From Catajapyx aquilonaris (taxonomy: Eukaryota): 64,000 nucleotides of DNA. Below the pieces are notes generated by a model. That model did not search any database, was not told the origin of the DNA, and saw only the letters and a list, made by a program, of their open reading frames with translations. Below are positions 24,889 through 36,508 of the stretch, piece by piece (positions within the stretch are counted from its first letter, which is position 1; each line of letters begins with the position of its first letter). The DNA lies in NCBI GenBank assembly GCA_000934665.2, contig KZ538463.1, forward strand, positions 1 to 64,000, in the 5' to 3' direction. The position numbers and the translations under genes are program-made.

Positions 24889-27800
24889 ATGCCTGTCCCT
24901 AACGAGAAAGAAAAAAAAACAGAAAACCGAAGTTACCGGCACAACTTTTTTGACTTGTTCACCTCTTTCCCAGGGAGGCGTCCAATGTGGGGAAAGAAGT
25001 TGACACCTCCCGAGTATTTTGACTGGGAGATCATACGGAATTCTGGAGCCATCCGGATCGACCTTAGCCGTCACAACGTGCCTCCAATCAGGGCCAAACC
25101 GACACCTGGGATTGTGTCGCCACTGGCTAAGCTGATGCAGGAATGGCGGAGGAACAAGTTGGGTCTGGCGCCGAGCTACTCCGAGACCGACGTCGACAAT
25201 GTCGGCGACGACAGCAATATCGATGACGACCGCAATATCGATGACGACCGCAATGTCGGCGACGACAGTGGCGATGCTGACGACGGAGCTAACTTGCCGC
25301 CCTGGCTGGCTGACCAGAAGGGACGGAGACTCCCTTCGCCGGACAGGTACGACTGGGGTAAGATACGGAAGGATGAGTGCATTCACGTATCCAGGAGCAG
25401 ACACAACATGGCTCCGTCGAGGGCCAAGATCTGGATTCCGGGAGTGAGCCAAGGCGAAGGTTGCATGTGCAAGTATTGGAAGCCTAAAATTTTGTTCGAG
25501 ACGCCGCATGGGTCTCTGGCGCCGTCGCCGACGCCTACCCCAAGGGGTCCCCCAGCGACACCACCATCACGAACCTTGTCTCCAGCGACGTCTCCGAAGG
25601 GGTCCCCGTATTCATCACTATCAGCGACGCCATCCCCGCAGACTTCGCCTCCTGCTATGTCACCTCGAGCCCCACACGAGGTACGCAAGCTTACCTCGCC
25701 AGATAAGTACGATTGGGATGCAATACGCAGGGCGGGTGACATACGTGTGTCCAGAAGCCGTCACGCCAAGGCACCGTCGAGGGCAAAGTTGACGCAGTTT
25801 GGTGAGCAGAAGGATGAGCAAGAGGGTGCTGGGTGTGGCTGCGACGAAGATGAACCAGAAGTCGAGGACTCGGGGATTCCGCCTGAGACTCAGCAGCAGG
25901 TGAGGAGGAAACTTCCGTCGCCAGATCGGTACGACTGGGATGCCATCAGGCGATCAGGTGGAATACATGTGTCGAGAAGCCGGCACCCGAGAACACCGTC
26001 AAGAGTGTCGCTGGCTCCTCAGGGTGGCGATCAGGACGAAGTGCATGGAGATGAATTCCTGGTCGAAGAACCGGAGGAGGAACCGGAGGAGGAACCGGAG
26101 GAGGAACCAGAGAAGCCACCAGCAGAAACGACCCTTAGACGCCGCGTGCTTACGTCTCCGGACCGTTACGACTGGGCTGCCATACGGAGAGACGGCGGGA
26201 TACATGTGTCGAGAAGCCGTCACCCTAGAGCACCGTCTAGGACAAAGTTGACTCCTCGTCTGGCTGAACCGGAGGACGGTTGTCGGTGCAGCAACGAGCC
26301 GGAGGATTCTTCGTTCCCAATGACCCTTGATCCGGAGGATTCCTCGTTCCCAATGACCCTTGATCCGGAGGATTCCTCGTTCCCAATGACCCTTGATCCG
26401 GAGGATTCCTCGTTCCCAATCACGCTAGAACCGGAGCCTCAGGCTGTGCGTAAACTTCCATCTCCAGACCGTTACGACTGGGACGCCATCAAGAAATCCG
26501 GTGGGATACACGTGTCGCGAAGTCGCCACAACAAGGCACCTTCAATAGCTAAGCTGGATCCATTGCAGTCAGGAGGACTCCAACCCCAAGCTGTGGTCAG
26601 AGCGGAGTGGAACTGCGTCAATGTTGTAGGCATGAAGGTATCGGCCACGACGTTGGTCGGACCGGCAATTGAAGAGAAGCCGGTTAAATTGTGCACTTGT
26701 CCTCCGAAAAAAGATGTGCCGGCGCCGAAGTCCCCGGCGCTTTCTCCGAAGAGGGCTTCTCCCAAAAGTCCAAAGCGATACGACGACTCCTGCCCCATAA
26801 ACGCATGTCCTATCGATTCAATGGAATTGTATACCAAGCGTAAGTCGGACGCTGTCTCAAAACGGCCATCACCACTGAAATCCGGCGTTTTACCGCAAGA
26901 ATCGTCGCAGTGGGGCTACACCATCGATTTCGATCAGAGCGTCTCAAGCGCCTCCGCAGCAGACTTGGGTTCAAGACCGTCGCCGACACGACCGCAGATG
27001 AAGGCACCCCCGAAATCACCCACAGCATCGCCCAGCACACCAAGAGCACAGCCACCAGCAATTGCGCCGATTCGGTCTCCGAAAGGGGCACCAGCATCGC
27101 CCGCACCTAAAGCAGCACCGCCACCAGAAATGGTTCCGATTCGTTCTCCGAGAGGGGCACCAGTATCGCCCACTCTAGGACGATCCCCTCCTGAAATAAT
27201 GCCTGAAGAATCGTCCATGTGGGGATGTTCCATCGACTTTGACGAGAGCTGCACGACCCCCGCCGGAAGCAGCTTTGGCGGTCTTCAAGGCTCAAAAGGT
27301 CCGACAATACCGCCTTCTTCGAGACCGACGTCGACACAGCCCAAAGCGAGAGCACCCAGGCCCGGACCTTCAGCACTATCGGGGAAACCGTACATGGCAA
27401 AATTTCCGCCGAAGACATCCCAGCTCCAACCATTGGCTGAAGAGTCGTCCAGATGGGGGTATGCCATCGACTTTGACGAGAGCTACTCGACCGCCTCCGC
27501 AACAGGACCACCGACAGTGCCATCGAAACCACAGCCTCCGCCAGCACCTTTGAGAAGAGGACCTTCGCAGATGTCACCAGCAGCACCAAAGCCAAAACCG
27601 ACGCTAGCAAAAGATTCGTCAATGTGGGGGTACACCATCGACTTTGACGAGAGTTACTCGACCACCTCCGCAGGCAACAGCCTCCAGAAGGTTCCGACAG
27701 CAGCACGGTCCGGATCGACGACGCCGTCACCCACGTCCTCTCCATCCAGATCATCATCGCCGTCGAACACACCCTCGCCAAGAACACCGACTCAACCTCC

Positions 27801-28230
27801 GATGACTCGTCCGATGCCTCGTCCCACGGTCGCAGTACAGACAAAGAGAGTCACCATTCCTGTGAGCCTGTTGCCGGCGCCAGCAAGTGAGACGGGTAAA
27901 GTTCCGAGGCGGAAGCGATCCAAACATCGAAGGTATCCGCAAACGTCCACCTGCCCTTGCGACCCGGACCCGTGTCACTGCGGCAAAGAAGGTGCCCCTG
28001 TGCACACCCAGCAGCACCTCAAGTCCATCCTGAAGTCGCCCAGCACGTCTCCGAAGGCAGCAGAGTCCAGCAACTGGGGATGCACCATTGAGTTCGACCA
28101 GAGCATGTCCAGCGCCTCGACGATGAACTCGAAGCGGAGCATCGCAATGCCTGTAGGGTCGAGGACGTTCGTCACCAGCAACCAGGAGCTGAGCGATCAG
28201 GCTCGAAATTTTGGAAACAGGATGCGTTAG
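24889..28230 (+). CDS. Uncharacterised 1113-aa Pro/Ser-rich repeat protein with six ~35-aa SPDRYDWDAIRRSGGIHVSRSRH repeats and five ESSxWGYxIDFDES repeats (ORF-B)
   Basis: Uninterrupted ATG-to-TAG ORF; repeat copies keep the amino-acid pattern while codons differ; AATAAA at 28244-28249, 14 nt after the stop. Confidence 0.85.
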   Translation: MPVPNEKEKKTENRSYRHNFFDLFTSFPGRRPMWGKKLTPPEYFDWEIIRNSGAIRIDLSRHNVPPIRAKPTPGIVSPLAKLMQEWRRNKLGLAPSYSETDVDNVGDDSNIDDDRNIDDDRNVGDDSGDADDGANLPPWLADQKGRRLPSPDRYDWGKIRKDECIHVSRSRHNMAPSRAKIWIPGVSQGEGCMCKYWKPKILFETPHGSLAPSPTPTPRGPPATPPSRTLSPATSPKGSPYSSLSATPSPQTSPPAMSPRAPHEVRKLTSPDKYDWDAIRRAGDIRVSRSRHAKAPSRAKLTQFGEQKDEQEGAGCGCDEDEPEVEDSGIPPETQQQVRRKLPSPDRYDWDAIRRSGGIHVSRSRHPRTPSRVSLAPQGGDQDEVHGDEFLVEEPEEEPEEEPEEEPEKPPAETTLRRRVLTSPDRYDWAAIRRDGGIHVSRSRHPRAPSRTKLTPRLAEPEDGCRCSNEPEDSSFPMTLDPEDSSFPMTLDPEDSSFPMTLDPEDSSFPITLEPEPQAVRKLPSPDRYDWDAIKKSGGIHVSRSRHNKAPSIAKLDPLQSGGLQPQAVVRAEWNCVNVVGMKVSATTLVGPAIEEKPVKLCTCPPKKDVPAPKSPALSPKRASPKSPKRYDDSCPINACPIDSMELYTKRKSDAVSKRPSPLKSGVLPQESSQWGYTIDFDQSVSSASAADLGSRPSPTRPQMKAPPKSPTASPSTPRAQPPAIAPIRSPKGAPASPAPKAAPPPEMVPIRSPRGAPVSPTLGRSPPEIMPEESSMWGCSIDFDESCTTPAGSSFGGLQGSKGPTIPPSSRPTSTQPKARAPRPGPSALSGKPYMAKFPPKTSQLQPLAEESSRWGYAIDFDESYSTASATGPPTVPSKPQPPPAPLRRGPSQMSPAAPKPKPTLAKDSSMWGYTIDFDESYSTTSAGNSLQKVPTAARSGSTTPSPTSSPSRSSSPSNTPSPRTPTQPPMTRPMPRPTVAVQTKRVTIPVSLLPAPASETGKVPRRKRSKHRRYPQTSTCPCDPDPCHCGKEGAPVHTQQHLKSILKSPSTSPKAAESSNWGCTIEFDQSMSSASTMNSKRSIAMPVGSRTFVTSNQELSDQARNFGNRMR
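26299..26430 (+). repeat. 33-bp coding minisatellite x4 in ORF-B (PEDSSFPMTLD)
   Basis: CCGGAGGATTCCTCGTTCCCAATGACCCTTGAT repeated nearly perfectly. Confidence 0.92.
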
Positions 28231-30102
28231 TATAAGAGCTTGAAATAAATGAGATTAGAGTCAGCACCACTTTAAAAAAAAAAAATGCGAATTGTTCTAC
28301 GAACCAGTTGTCATAATGTCACCAATTATGATAGTCACTCAGGAGTTTGTGTTGGGTATATGGGGCCGCGGTTGCACCACTGCACTTACAGTGGCATAAT
28401 TTACAACAAGGATTAACAAGTTGTTTAGCACATACTTGTGATGGTATATATGACAGCCCCGTATAGATTGGTTTATTGCAGAAGAGTTGCCTAGTTTGCA
28501 CGATTAATGTGGGTGAATCATATCAATGTAGGAGTTACATTTTGATCCGAATTGTTGTGCAATGCAGTCCTTCGTTCTTACTTATTAGGCCATATGTAAC
28601 TATTTCTTGCACTATAACAATCATGTACGTAAACGGAAATGTTGGAAGAAAATGTAACTTATGTCTGATAATTCAATCTTCAAATTGCGAAATACTTCGA
28701 TTGTGCAAAGCGATGACATTTTGACTAATTTGGCCAATTCTAAGTTTGGCAATTTGTTTATATAATACTCGCCCAAAATATTCTCTGCGGAGAACGTAAT
28801 TACTCCTTCAAAAATCTTGATTTGCCATCAAATAATATTGAACAATGCTTGAAGGCAATAATTTTGACCTAACGTGTCTCTGATCCTTCTGCACATAGCT
28901 GTAGTTTTCGCTTGCAATTTTCGCCAATTACAATCAGGCACATCCTCGAATTCGTATATGTGATTAGGGAAGTTTAACGAGCTTATGTCCCGCATTTTAA
29001 ATAGTTTTTCGTGGGAAATTATGATCCGCTATGCGCCCCAATTTTCGTAAAACTAGCTAATTAAGGCATATGCCGTATAATGAGGGCTTCCTTATACAGT
29101 ATATGAAAATATTCATTCCCTTTATGACTTTAATTAGCTGCAAGACATACATTTACATCAGAAGATTACACATGAAATACGATTGTAACTTGCGGTGCCT
29201 TACATCAGTATGTTATGTATGACTATATTTATATTTCAATTATTCTCCCTTTTTTATGCTGTTGCGATCGTGACAATCCATGTGCAAATTTGCAATTATT
29301 TCCTACTCAATTTATCCCACACAGTAGCAGGAAATATGTACCTACCAGTAATTAATATTACTACGTAACTTGCCGACGCCCTTTGATAATAAGGAGCTTC
29401 GTGCACGACAGAAAAGTCATAGGCGGACATTTTTGAGCACTTTGCAAAAAAAAATGGTAATTGCAACAGTTTTCCCAGAAGATTCAAGTTGGGTCATTAA
29501 TATTCAAATTATGGCCACAATTTCGTGAAAAACACTACTGCTTCACTAGAAATTAAATTTTCAGACACGGATTGTTGGCATGACCCGATTGTTACTATAA
29601 TCAGAGCATTAAAATATGGCAACCCTTGCACCCTCATTGATTATTACCCCATGCGAATTTTTTAGCAGACAAAATATATATATATAAGAGTCGCGCATCA
29701 CAATATTATGAGCACGAAATGTGTGTCAGTCGAGGTCAACGTTCCCATTCCGGTTCGTGACGTCGAATGTGGCCGCAAGGAAGAATAGGATAGCAGGACA
29801 CACATCTGCCTCACATTTTCCTTAGAGTCGGTTGGATCCTCAGGTGAGGTACAAGTAAATGCAAAAACCTCGCAGAAGAAAATATTGCAATTTGTGTGTG
29901 GGAAACTCATGGAAACAATTCAAGGGGGTGTTATCAAGACCGTCGATCGTGTGTGTGTGTACATTGCGGAAGAAAAGGCTTACGTAAGGTACGGCTCCCC
30001 TAGTTTTTTTTTATATGTAGTGTAATTCTCATTTTGTTGTGAGGGCTTGAGCAATAAGCTGTGCGGGGGAAGAAGCCATCAGTGATGAGTTGAGGTTTGA
30101 AG

Positions 30103-32225
30103 ATGGTGGCCGCTAGCAAACTGACTCCGTTGTACTACACGTGCTATGAGTTGGGACACACGTGGACACCATCATGTATGGAGACGATGGCCATCAGCTT
30201 CAAACACAGTGCTGTGTATGGACTCAAGCTCTTCGGGTCTCTTTATCTGGTGAGTACCTAGCAATTCGAGCATTGAAGTCTCTAAAGTTTCATATGAGAC
30301 CAGAAAAATTACTGTTGATGTAATGACTTCCCCAACCATTTTTTTTGTGTGCAGTTATCTCTATTCATGCAATGGAAAAAGGATAAGAAAGGTGGAGGAA
30401 AGTACGTTCAAGAGTATGTGAAGAGCTTGATCAGGTCACTTCTGTTCATATGTTGGATTGCTTCCGGATACAGCGGAGTATTTTGCTTCCTGAGGTTAGC
30501 ACCACTTTTCAAGCATCATGTGGCATTGTTAAACCCCCAAAAATGTGTGATTGTTCCAGGCACATGTTGGGACACTTCAATTTTTACTCGACTGCTTACC
30601 TGCCCGGATTTATAGTGTGCATAATGAGTTATTACATCGAATCGGCTGAGAAGAGACCCATTTTGTTGTGGTATTTCATCAATGCTGTGAGTATTTTGCT
30701 TAATTAAACAAATGTTGTCATTTACACATTGAAGATGATTATTGCAGGCATCTGACACTTTACGTCGCATGTTGTCATCCAGAGGACTGATCAAGCCTGT
30801 CAAAAACGGCGAGGTCATAATGTTTTCTGTGGCTGCCAGCGTCATACTGTATCACTTTAAAAGCGGACAACTGCAAGGACTTATGAACACAATCACCAGG
30901 TATAAACAGCCAGAGTTTTAAAAAAAATCTTGATTTGTTTACCCTCCCCCCCCCCCCAATATTTTTTTTTCTCGAAGGTATGTGATTGGACAGCACGAGC
31001 TAACGAAACCGAAGACGACTACACCACCAGTGTCATCCAACGGGTTTGCTAACCACTCAGTTAACCAATCATCTGGAACGCTTAATAACCTCTGGGAAAC
31101 CGTTAAAAAATACCACAGCACCGTCATGCAGTACCTGAAATCAGGAAAAAGCCATTCGTCATGTAACCATCCCGATAGTTGTTTATACTACTCCATAGAG
31201 GTACACTATATTTTTAAAACTACTACCGACAATGTTTGCTAATTTTTTTTAAAATTTCAGGGTTCGTTGAAGACATTTACTGTTGGTTATGTGGTACAGC
31301 TGGTGGCCCAACTGCTAATTTCGTATAAGAAGATGAAACGAGTTCCTAACCTATTCTACCAGGCTGTGACCAAGAAGAGTACATTCACGTTCGGCACGTT
31401 TCTGGTCGTCTTCCGTCTCGGATTCAGGGTCAGCACTGACCACCTTACTGACCTAAACAAGTCGATCAGTTTTTATATCATATGAAATAACTAGTTTCGC
31501 CACATGTATATACCGTTAGCCAAACTAGTTTTTGCAAATAGGATGGCGAATTTTGATTTGCTCAAAGATATGGTTGCAAAAATAATATTTTTTTTCGTGA
31601 CCCATCAGGTAATGAGCTGTCTTCTGCGTTGGTCTCGTGGGAAAGACGCTTCTTGGCACGCAATTCCAGCCGGAATGGTGGCAGGTACCTCCTTCATGCT
31701 CTGGCGGAACCAAATGGTGTCGTGGTACCTTCTCTGGAAAATGCTGGCCGTGAGTATCACCCATCCGGTTTATATGTTAGGAGACAACAATGCGGTTGAT
31801 AAATTTGCAATATTTCTTTGTAATACAGATAGTGTACGAATCGTTGGTGTCCAGCGGTATGGTACCTCATGTTCCTGGTGTTGGTGTCCTGATATTTGCA
31901 ATGTGCGGAGGTATCCTGACCCATAGTGCTGTGTTTGAGCCTCATAATCTGAACCCTTCGTACTATAACTACATGGACAAGATATCTGGATCCAGGTGAG
32001 AAAACTATGTCATAATCATAAATAATTGCTAAAGTATGGCAGATTAATATTTGGCACAAATTGTTTCTTTTGGACAGGATATGGCAGATGAACAGGTCTC
32101 TTCTGACTGTTTACGGGTTGGACAGCACGCTGTTGTTTCCTGATTTTTGGCCTCAATATGATGGAAGATTTCTGAGTGAAACCATGAAGGATATCATATC
32201 CCAGAGGAAACTAGAAGGACGGTAG
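30103..32225 (+). CDS. TMEM135: Transmembrane protein 135 (PMP52-like). Exons 30103-30249, 30355-30494, 30560-30686, 30748-30899, 30978-31200, 31261-31428, 31609-31749, 31829-31995, 32078-32225
   Basis: N-terminus MVAASKL...TCYELGHTWTPSC, HSSCNHPDSC, CLLRW...WHAIPAGMVAG and HSAVFEPHNLNPSYY match TMEM135; nine exons join in frame with GT-AG introns. Confidence 0.9.
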
Positions 32226-33690
32226 CGTATCAGGTATTTCGAAGAAGATTTTTTTTTTCGGCCTATGAAATGTAACGGAAATGTTTTTGCACGCTCCAAT
32301 GGTGAAAGCAGTGTGTGGAAAAACTTGTAAAATTGAAAAGAAAACTGGTGCGTTGCCTTCCTTTCTTCAAGGCCACAGGAGATTTATAAAATATTTTAGA
32401 ACGGATGGTGATATATCTGTGCAATAAACATGGTTTCTGTAAGTCATTTTTTTTTACTTATTTTAAATAACCATATTTGTTCATTTCAGACCAAGACCGC
32501 AAGCAGATGTGTCATTATACATGGCTTGCTTGATTTCTTAATAATAAATTATACCTCTTGATGCACAATACCTGACCTTGAATATGAAAGATGTGTGCTA
32601 TAATTTCCTACTGAGCTGTCTTAAAAAAATGTTTAAAAAAAAAGGATGACCAAGCATTTTTCACATGCCTGCACAATGGCTCTAAAGTCTAATTACATTG
32701 AATTAAAAATAACACGTTAAAATTCTTACTAGAATACATTTTAAAGCCCATTGTAATAATGATTATGTAAATGGTTCAGAAAAACTTGAGCAAAATATTT
32801 CTGGTGCCATCCTTGTTTTTTGTACCTGCACTGTGGTAACCTTGCCTCATTGGGAAAAGCCACATGCCTTTGGCTTTAGCAATATATGTTTTGGTGGTTT
32901 GTTTTGCATTTGTTTTTGCTCTCTCTTTCAAATTATAGCTTGCAATCTGGGCTAAGGTAAGTAAACATATATTTTTTTTGTCGAAGTGCAAAAGTTGCAT
33001 AATGCAACAAAACCTGTCTGTGGAAAATGTACTGGAAAATTTTGATCATATTGACAGGTAAAAATAAATGATGAAGAAATGATGATAATACAACTGCAGA
33101 ATACTCATGAAAAAGTCCAGGTTGGCTTAGTCAGCATGCTTAGGCTATGGAAGAAGGTATGTGTATTTCATGTCGAATTAGGATAAATAACTTACACTAG
33201 ATGCAACGGCTGCTTGCTTTTAATAGGAAGTGCCGTACGTAGCTAAAATACGAATTTACACATGACAAGTACGTTGCACAGACATTGGCAAAACTCAATT
33301 ACATCACTTTAAGCAGAATATGGCACACACTGCATGCTAACATTTACAAAATCCGTCGAGTTAGGATGAACTTAAGGTATTCACATTCTGCGTACAATTC
33401 CAAAAAAAAAAAAAAAAGACGACAATCCTCGTCATACAAAACGACTGTCTGCAGAACACAATGCAGTCGGTACAAAACACCATGTTTAAAAATGTACCCT
33501 CACTGCTTAATATTAATTTTACAAAACTAACCTCACTGCTTCACACTGAACTTTCACACCAAATACGTGACCACGACACTCACTTCATGCAACTGGGTAA
33601 TATATTTTTTTTCATGAGGTTCTTGATGCTTCCAAACTGATAATTTTTTTACGCCCAGGCATCCACACACACGCGACCATCACACACTGC

Positions 33691-36508
33691 TCAGGGAATT
33701 TCCGAAGGCGGGATCCAGCCTCCAAAGGCCCTCTCCATTTCCATCCCCACTGCTAGGGTCAAGTGGTCATTGTTGATCCCGCTGATGACCTTTAAAATGA
33801 GAAAAAAAGTAATTTGAAAACTTCTCGTTTATCGTAACAATTAGTGTTTCACCTAGCCATTTTTTTTGTACTAAACACGATATTAAAAGCTATTTCCCAC
33901 AGCCATAAAGTCATAAATAGTATATCATTATCTGAAACAGTCACTTCAATTAGAGCTTGCATTACTGATATCAACAACACTGTCCTCATAAAAAGGTGAA
34001 ACCAAACACAATTTTGCGCAACAGACCGGTACATGTTTTACGTCAACAAGCCCACTTGCACAACCATATCAAGGGGTCAAATGGGTCATTCCAGTGGTAA
34101 CTAGAATGGTCTAACCTGTATTCCGAGTGGGATCCCCTCCTCATTGAGTCCAACGGGACATTGCGTAGCCGGCACTCCCAAGACGTTGAAGATGGCCGTG
34201 AAGACAAAGTTTACAGGCTGAAGGAAGGCCTGGTTGTGGTAAGGCGCTGCCGTCGGATGAGTTGGAAACAGGAGGACACCATCATCACCCAAAAGGTCCT
34301 GCAAAGTAGCAGCACTTTGAATAGTAAAATACACTCTCACGCTTAATTTTGGAGAACAGTTCCTTTTTTTTAAAGGTTTCCAAAATTATTAATTCAAACA
34401 CTACTACTTTTTGTGATGCGTGTAAATTTATGGTGAATATACAAAGTTGCTGCTCTCCTTTGTTAAATGCTTACATGAATTTCCTGCTTCAACTCGGCCA
34501 GCTTGTTGGTGATGAAAGCATGCTGCTTGACATAAGTCTCCGTCCCTTTGAATGAGTCGTGGAAGGTGAGGAACAGTGCTGGAAGCGTGTAGTTGGAGCA
34601 TCCGAATAGGAACTTCATCCACTCCCATTTCACGTTGATGGAATGCTGAGAAACCAAAAATTGGCATCAGTCGCGTAGGGGGAATTTTTATGAAAGTCAA
34701 AATAGTGTTTACCAACCTGCTTCTGAGTTAGGACATCGCAGATGGTAATATCGCCGCTTTCTAATATCTTGAAGGCCCACATTTCCAGGGCGTGTTGCAT
34801 TTTCCCGAGGTGGATCTGTTTCAAAGGGTAAAATTAAAAAAGTGATTGTCACTGTGCTGTATCAGTTGGGAATGGAACGGTAGAAATGCACTATTTTCAT
34901 TACACGAAAAAAACAACAGGTGTTGTAATATTTTTTGTTTTGTAACACACACCTCAAGGCTATTTACTTTCATCTGACCGGCTTTGTCAGCTATTTCCAC
35001 ACACATCACCATTTTAATTAGACGGCCACTTTTTACCTTTTGCGGCTTAATCTTGTATGCAGTTTCAAAGTGCTTCACCACCTTGTGGATGGTGCCCTTA
35101 AGGTCTGCACTCAGAGGTGTCACCAGAGGAAACTTGATGTCATCGTCCATGTAGTAGAACTTCAGTTTCTTGATGTCCACCTGGTGAAATGCATCATGAA
35201 TTGTAGATTACTCTGCCTCAAAATACTCTTCGTGGCACAATTTCGCAAATTCATCAACAACTTTTATGAAACCAAATTATGAAGCTTACCTTGGTGTCCA
35301 GCTTCAGTCTGGACACGTTTGTGTCCGCCAAAACACGCAAGGTTGGAAGTAGGTCGCATGCATACCGAGACATTGGACCCACACTTATGAAACTGGCCGC
35401 ATCGCCTGGAACCACAGGTATCTGACCTTCCACGGATACGATGCCTGAAGCAGAAAAAAAATCAGTAATTTGAAGATTTCTTTACGGGGGGGGGAAAAAT
35501 GGATCACACAAAACAAGTGCTACGTACCTGTACTAGGTTTGTGGCCAAATATCCCGCAGAAGAAAGCAGGCATTCGGATAGAACCGCCTATGTCGGATCC
35601 AATTCCGAATGGGCAGCCAGCAGCCGCTTGAATGGACGCCTAAAATTGAGAGAAATTTGGTGGTCATGCAGAACATTGGAGAAAATTAGAAAACGCAATT
35701 CATAGGGAAACACTTTTCACCTCGTTGGGTTATCTTTAGCAGCTTTTGATTAGACTCACCTCACCACCTGATGACCCTCCAGGTGTCCTGCTGGTGTCGT
35801 ATGGATTCCTGCTCCTTCCGTACATCAGGTTGTAGCTTTCCCACCAAACACACATTTCAGGAACATTGGTCACTCCCAGTGGTATGGCCCCAGCCTTCCT
35901 CATAAGCCTGACCACCTCAGCATCTTCAGTAGCAATATTGTTTCGTCGAAGGTACGACCCAGATGTGAACTTGACGCCTGAAACAGTCAAATGTGTTCAC
36001 AAGTCTCAAAACCATGGGGGGACATCCAACTGACCTTTGACACCAAATGAGTCTTTAATGGTGAAGGGCACCCCAAGCATGGGCCTGGAAATGGCCAGCT
36101 TCTTCTCATCGTACGACTCTGACTCTAAGAATTGGTCCACTTGCTTAGCCTCAGCCAAAGCAGCCTCAAATCTGTGGTCAACCACAGAGTTCAGGATGTG
36201 ATTGACTTCTTTGATTCGCTGGATGAACGCATCCACAACTTGCTCACTCTTCAGCTGGGGGGGGGGGGGGNGGGACATATTATAGGGTCAGACCTGGATA
36301 ACAGTTAACTTTAAATGTGAATAATTACCTTTTTGGTCCTAATCTTAAATGCGAGACTAGAGGCACTTTCCAGTAGGATAAGGTCCTTGATAGGAGGTAT
36401 GGCTTCACGTCGTCCCCTGTAGATTAGTCTGAAGACAAAGCTAGACGTGGACTCCAGGAGACTGCGGATTATGCGGAATATCAGCATCCAGACTTTGTGT
36501 CGACTCAT
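33691..36508 (-). CDS. FAAH2: Fatty-acid amide hydrolase 2-like amidase. Exons 36508-36329, 36254-36035, 35977-35760, 35639-35528, 35444-35290, 35180-35037, 34815-34717, 34645-34475, 34298-34116, 33789-33691
   Basis: Amidase-signature residues GVPFTIKDS (Lys), TPGGSSGGE (cis-Ser), [16 protein letters not shown] (nucleophile Ser), plus LLFPTHP and C-terminal FGGWIPP; ten exons in phase. Confidence 0.92.

Noticed and set aside
21338..27844. Many alternative-frame and antisense ORFs (up to 245 aa) over ORF-A and ORF-B
   Set aside because: Expected by-products of GC-rich, low-complexity coding sequence.
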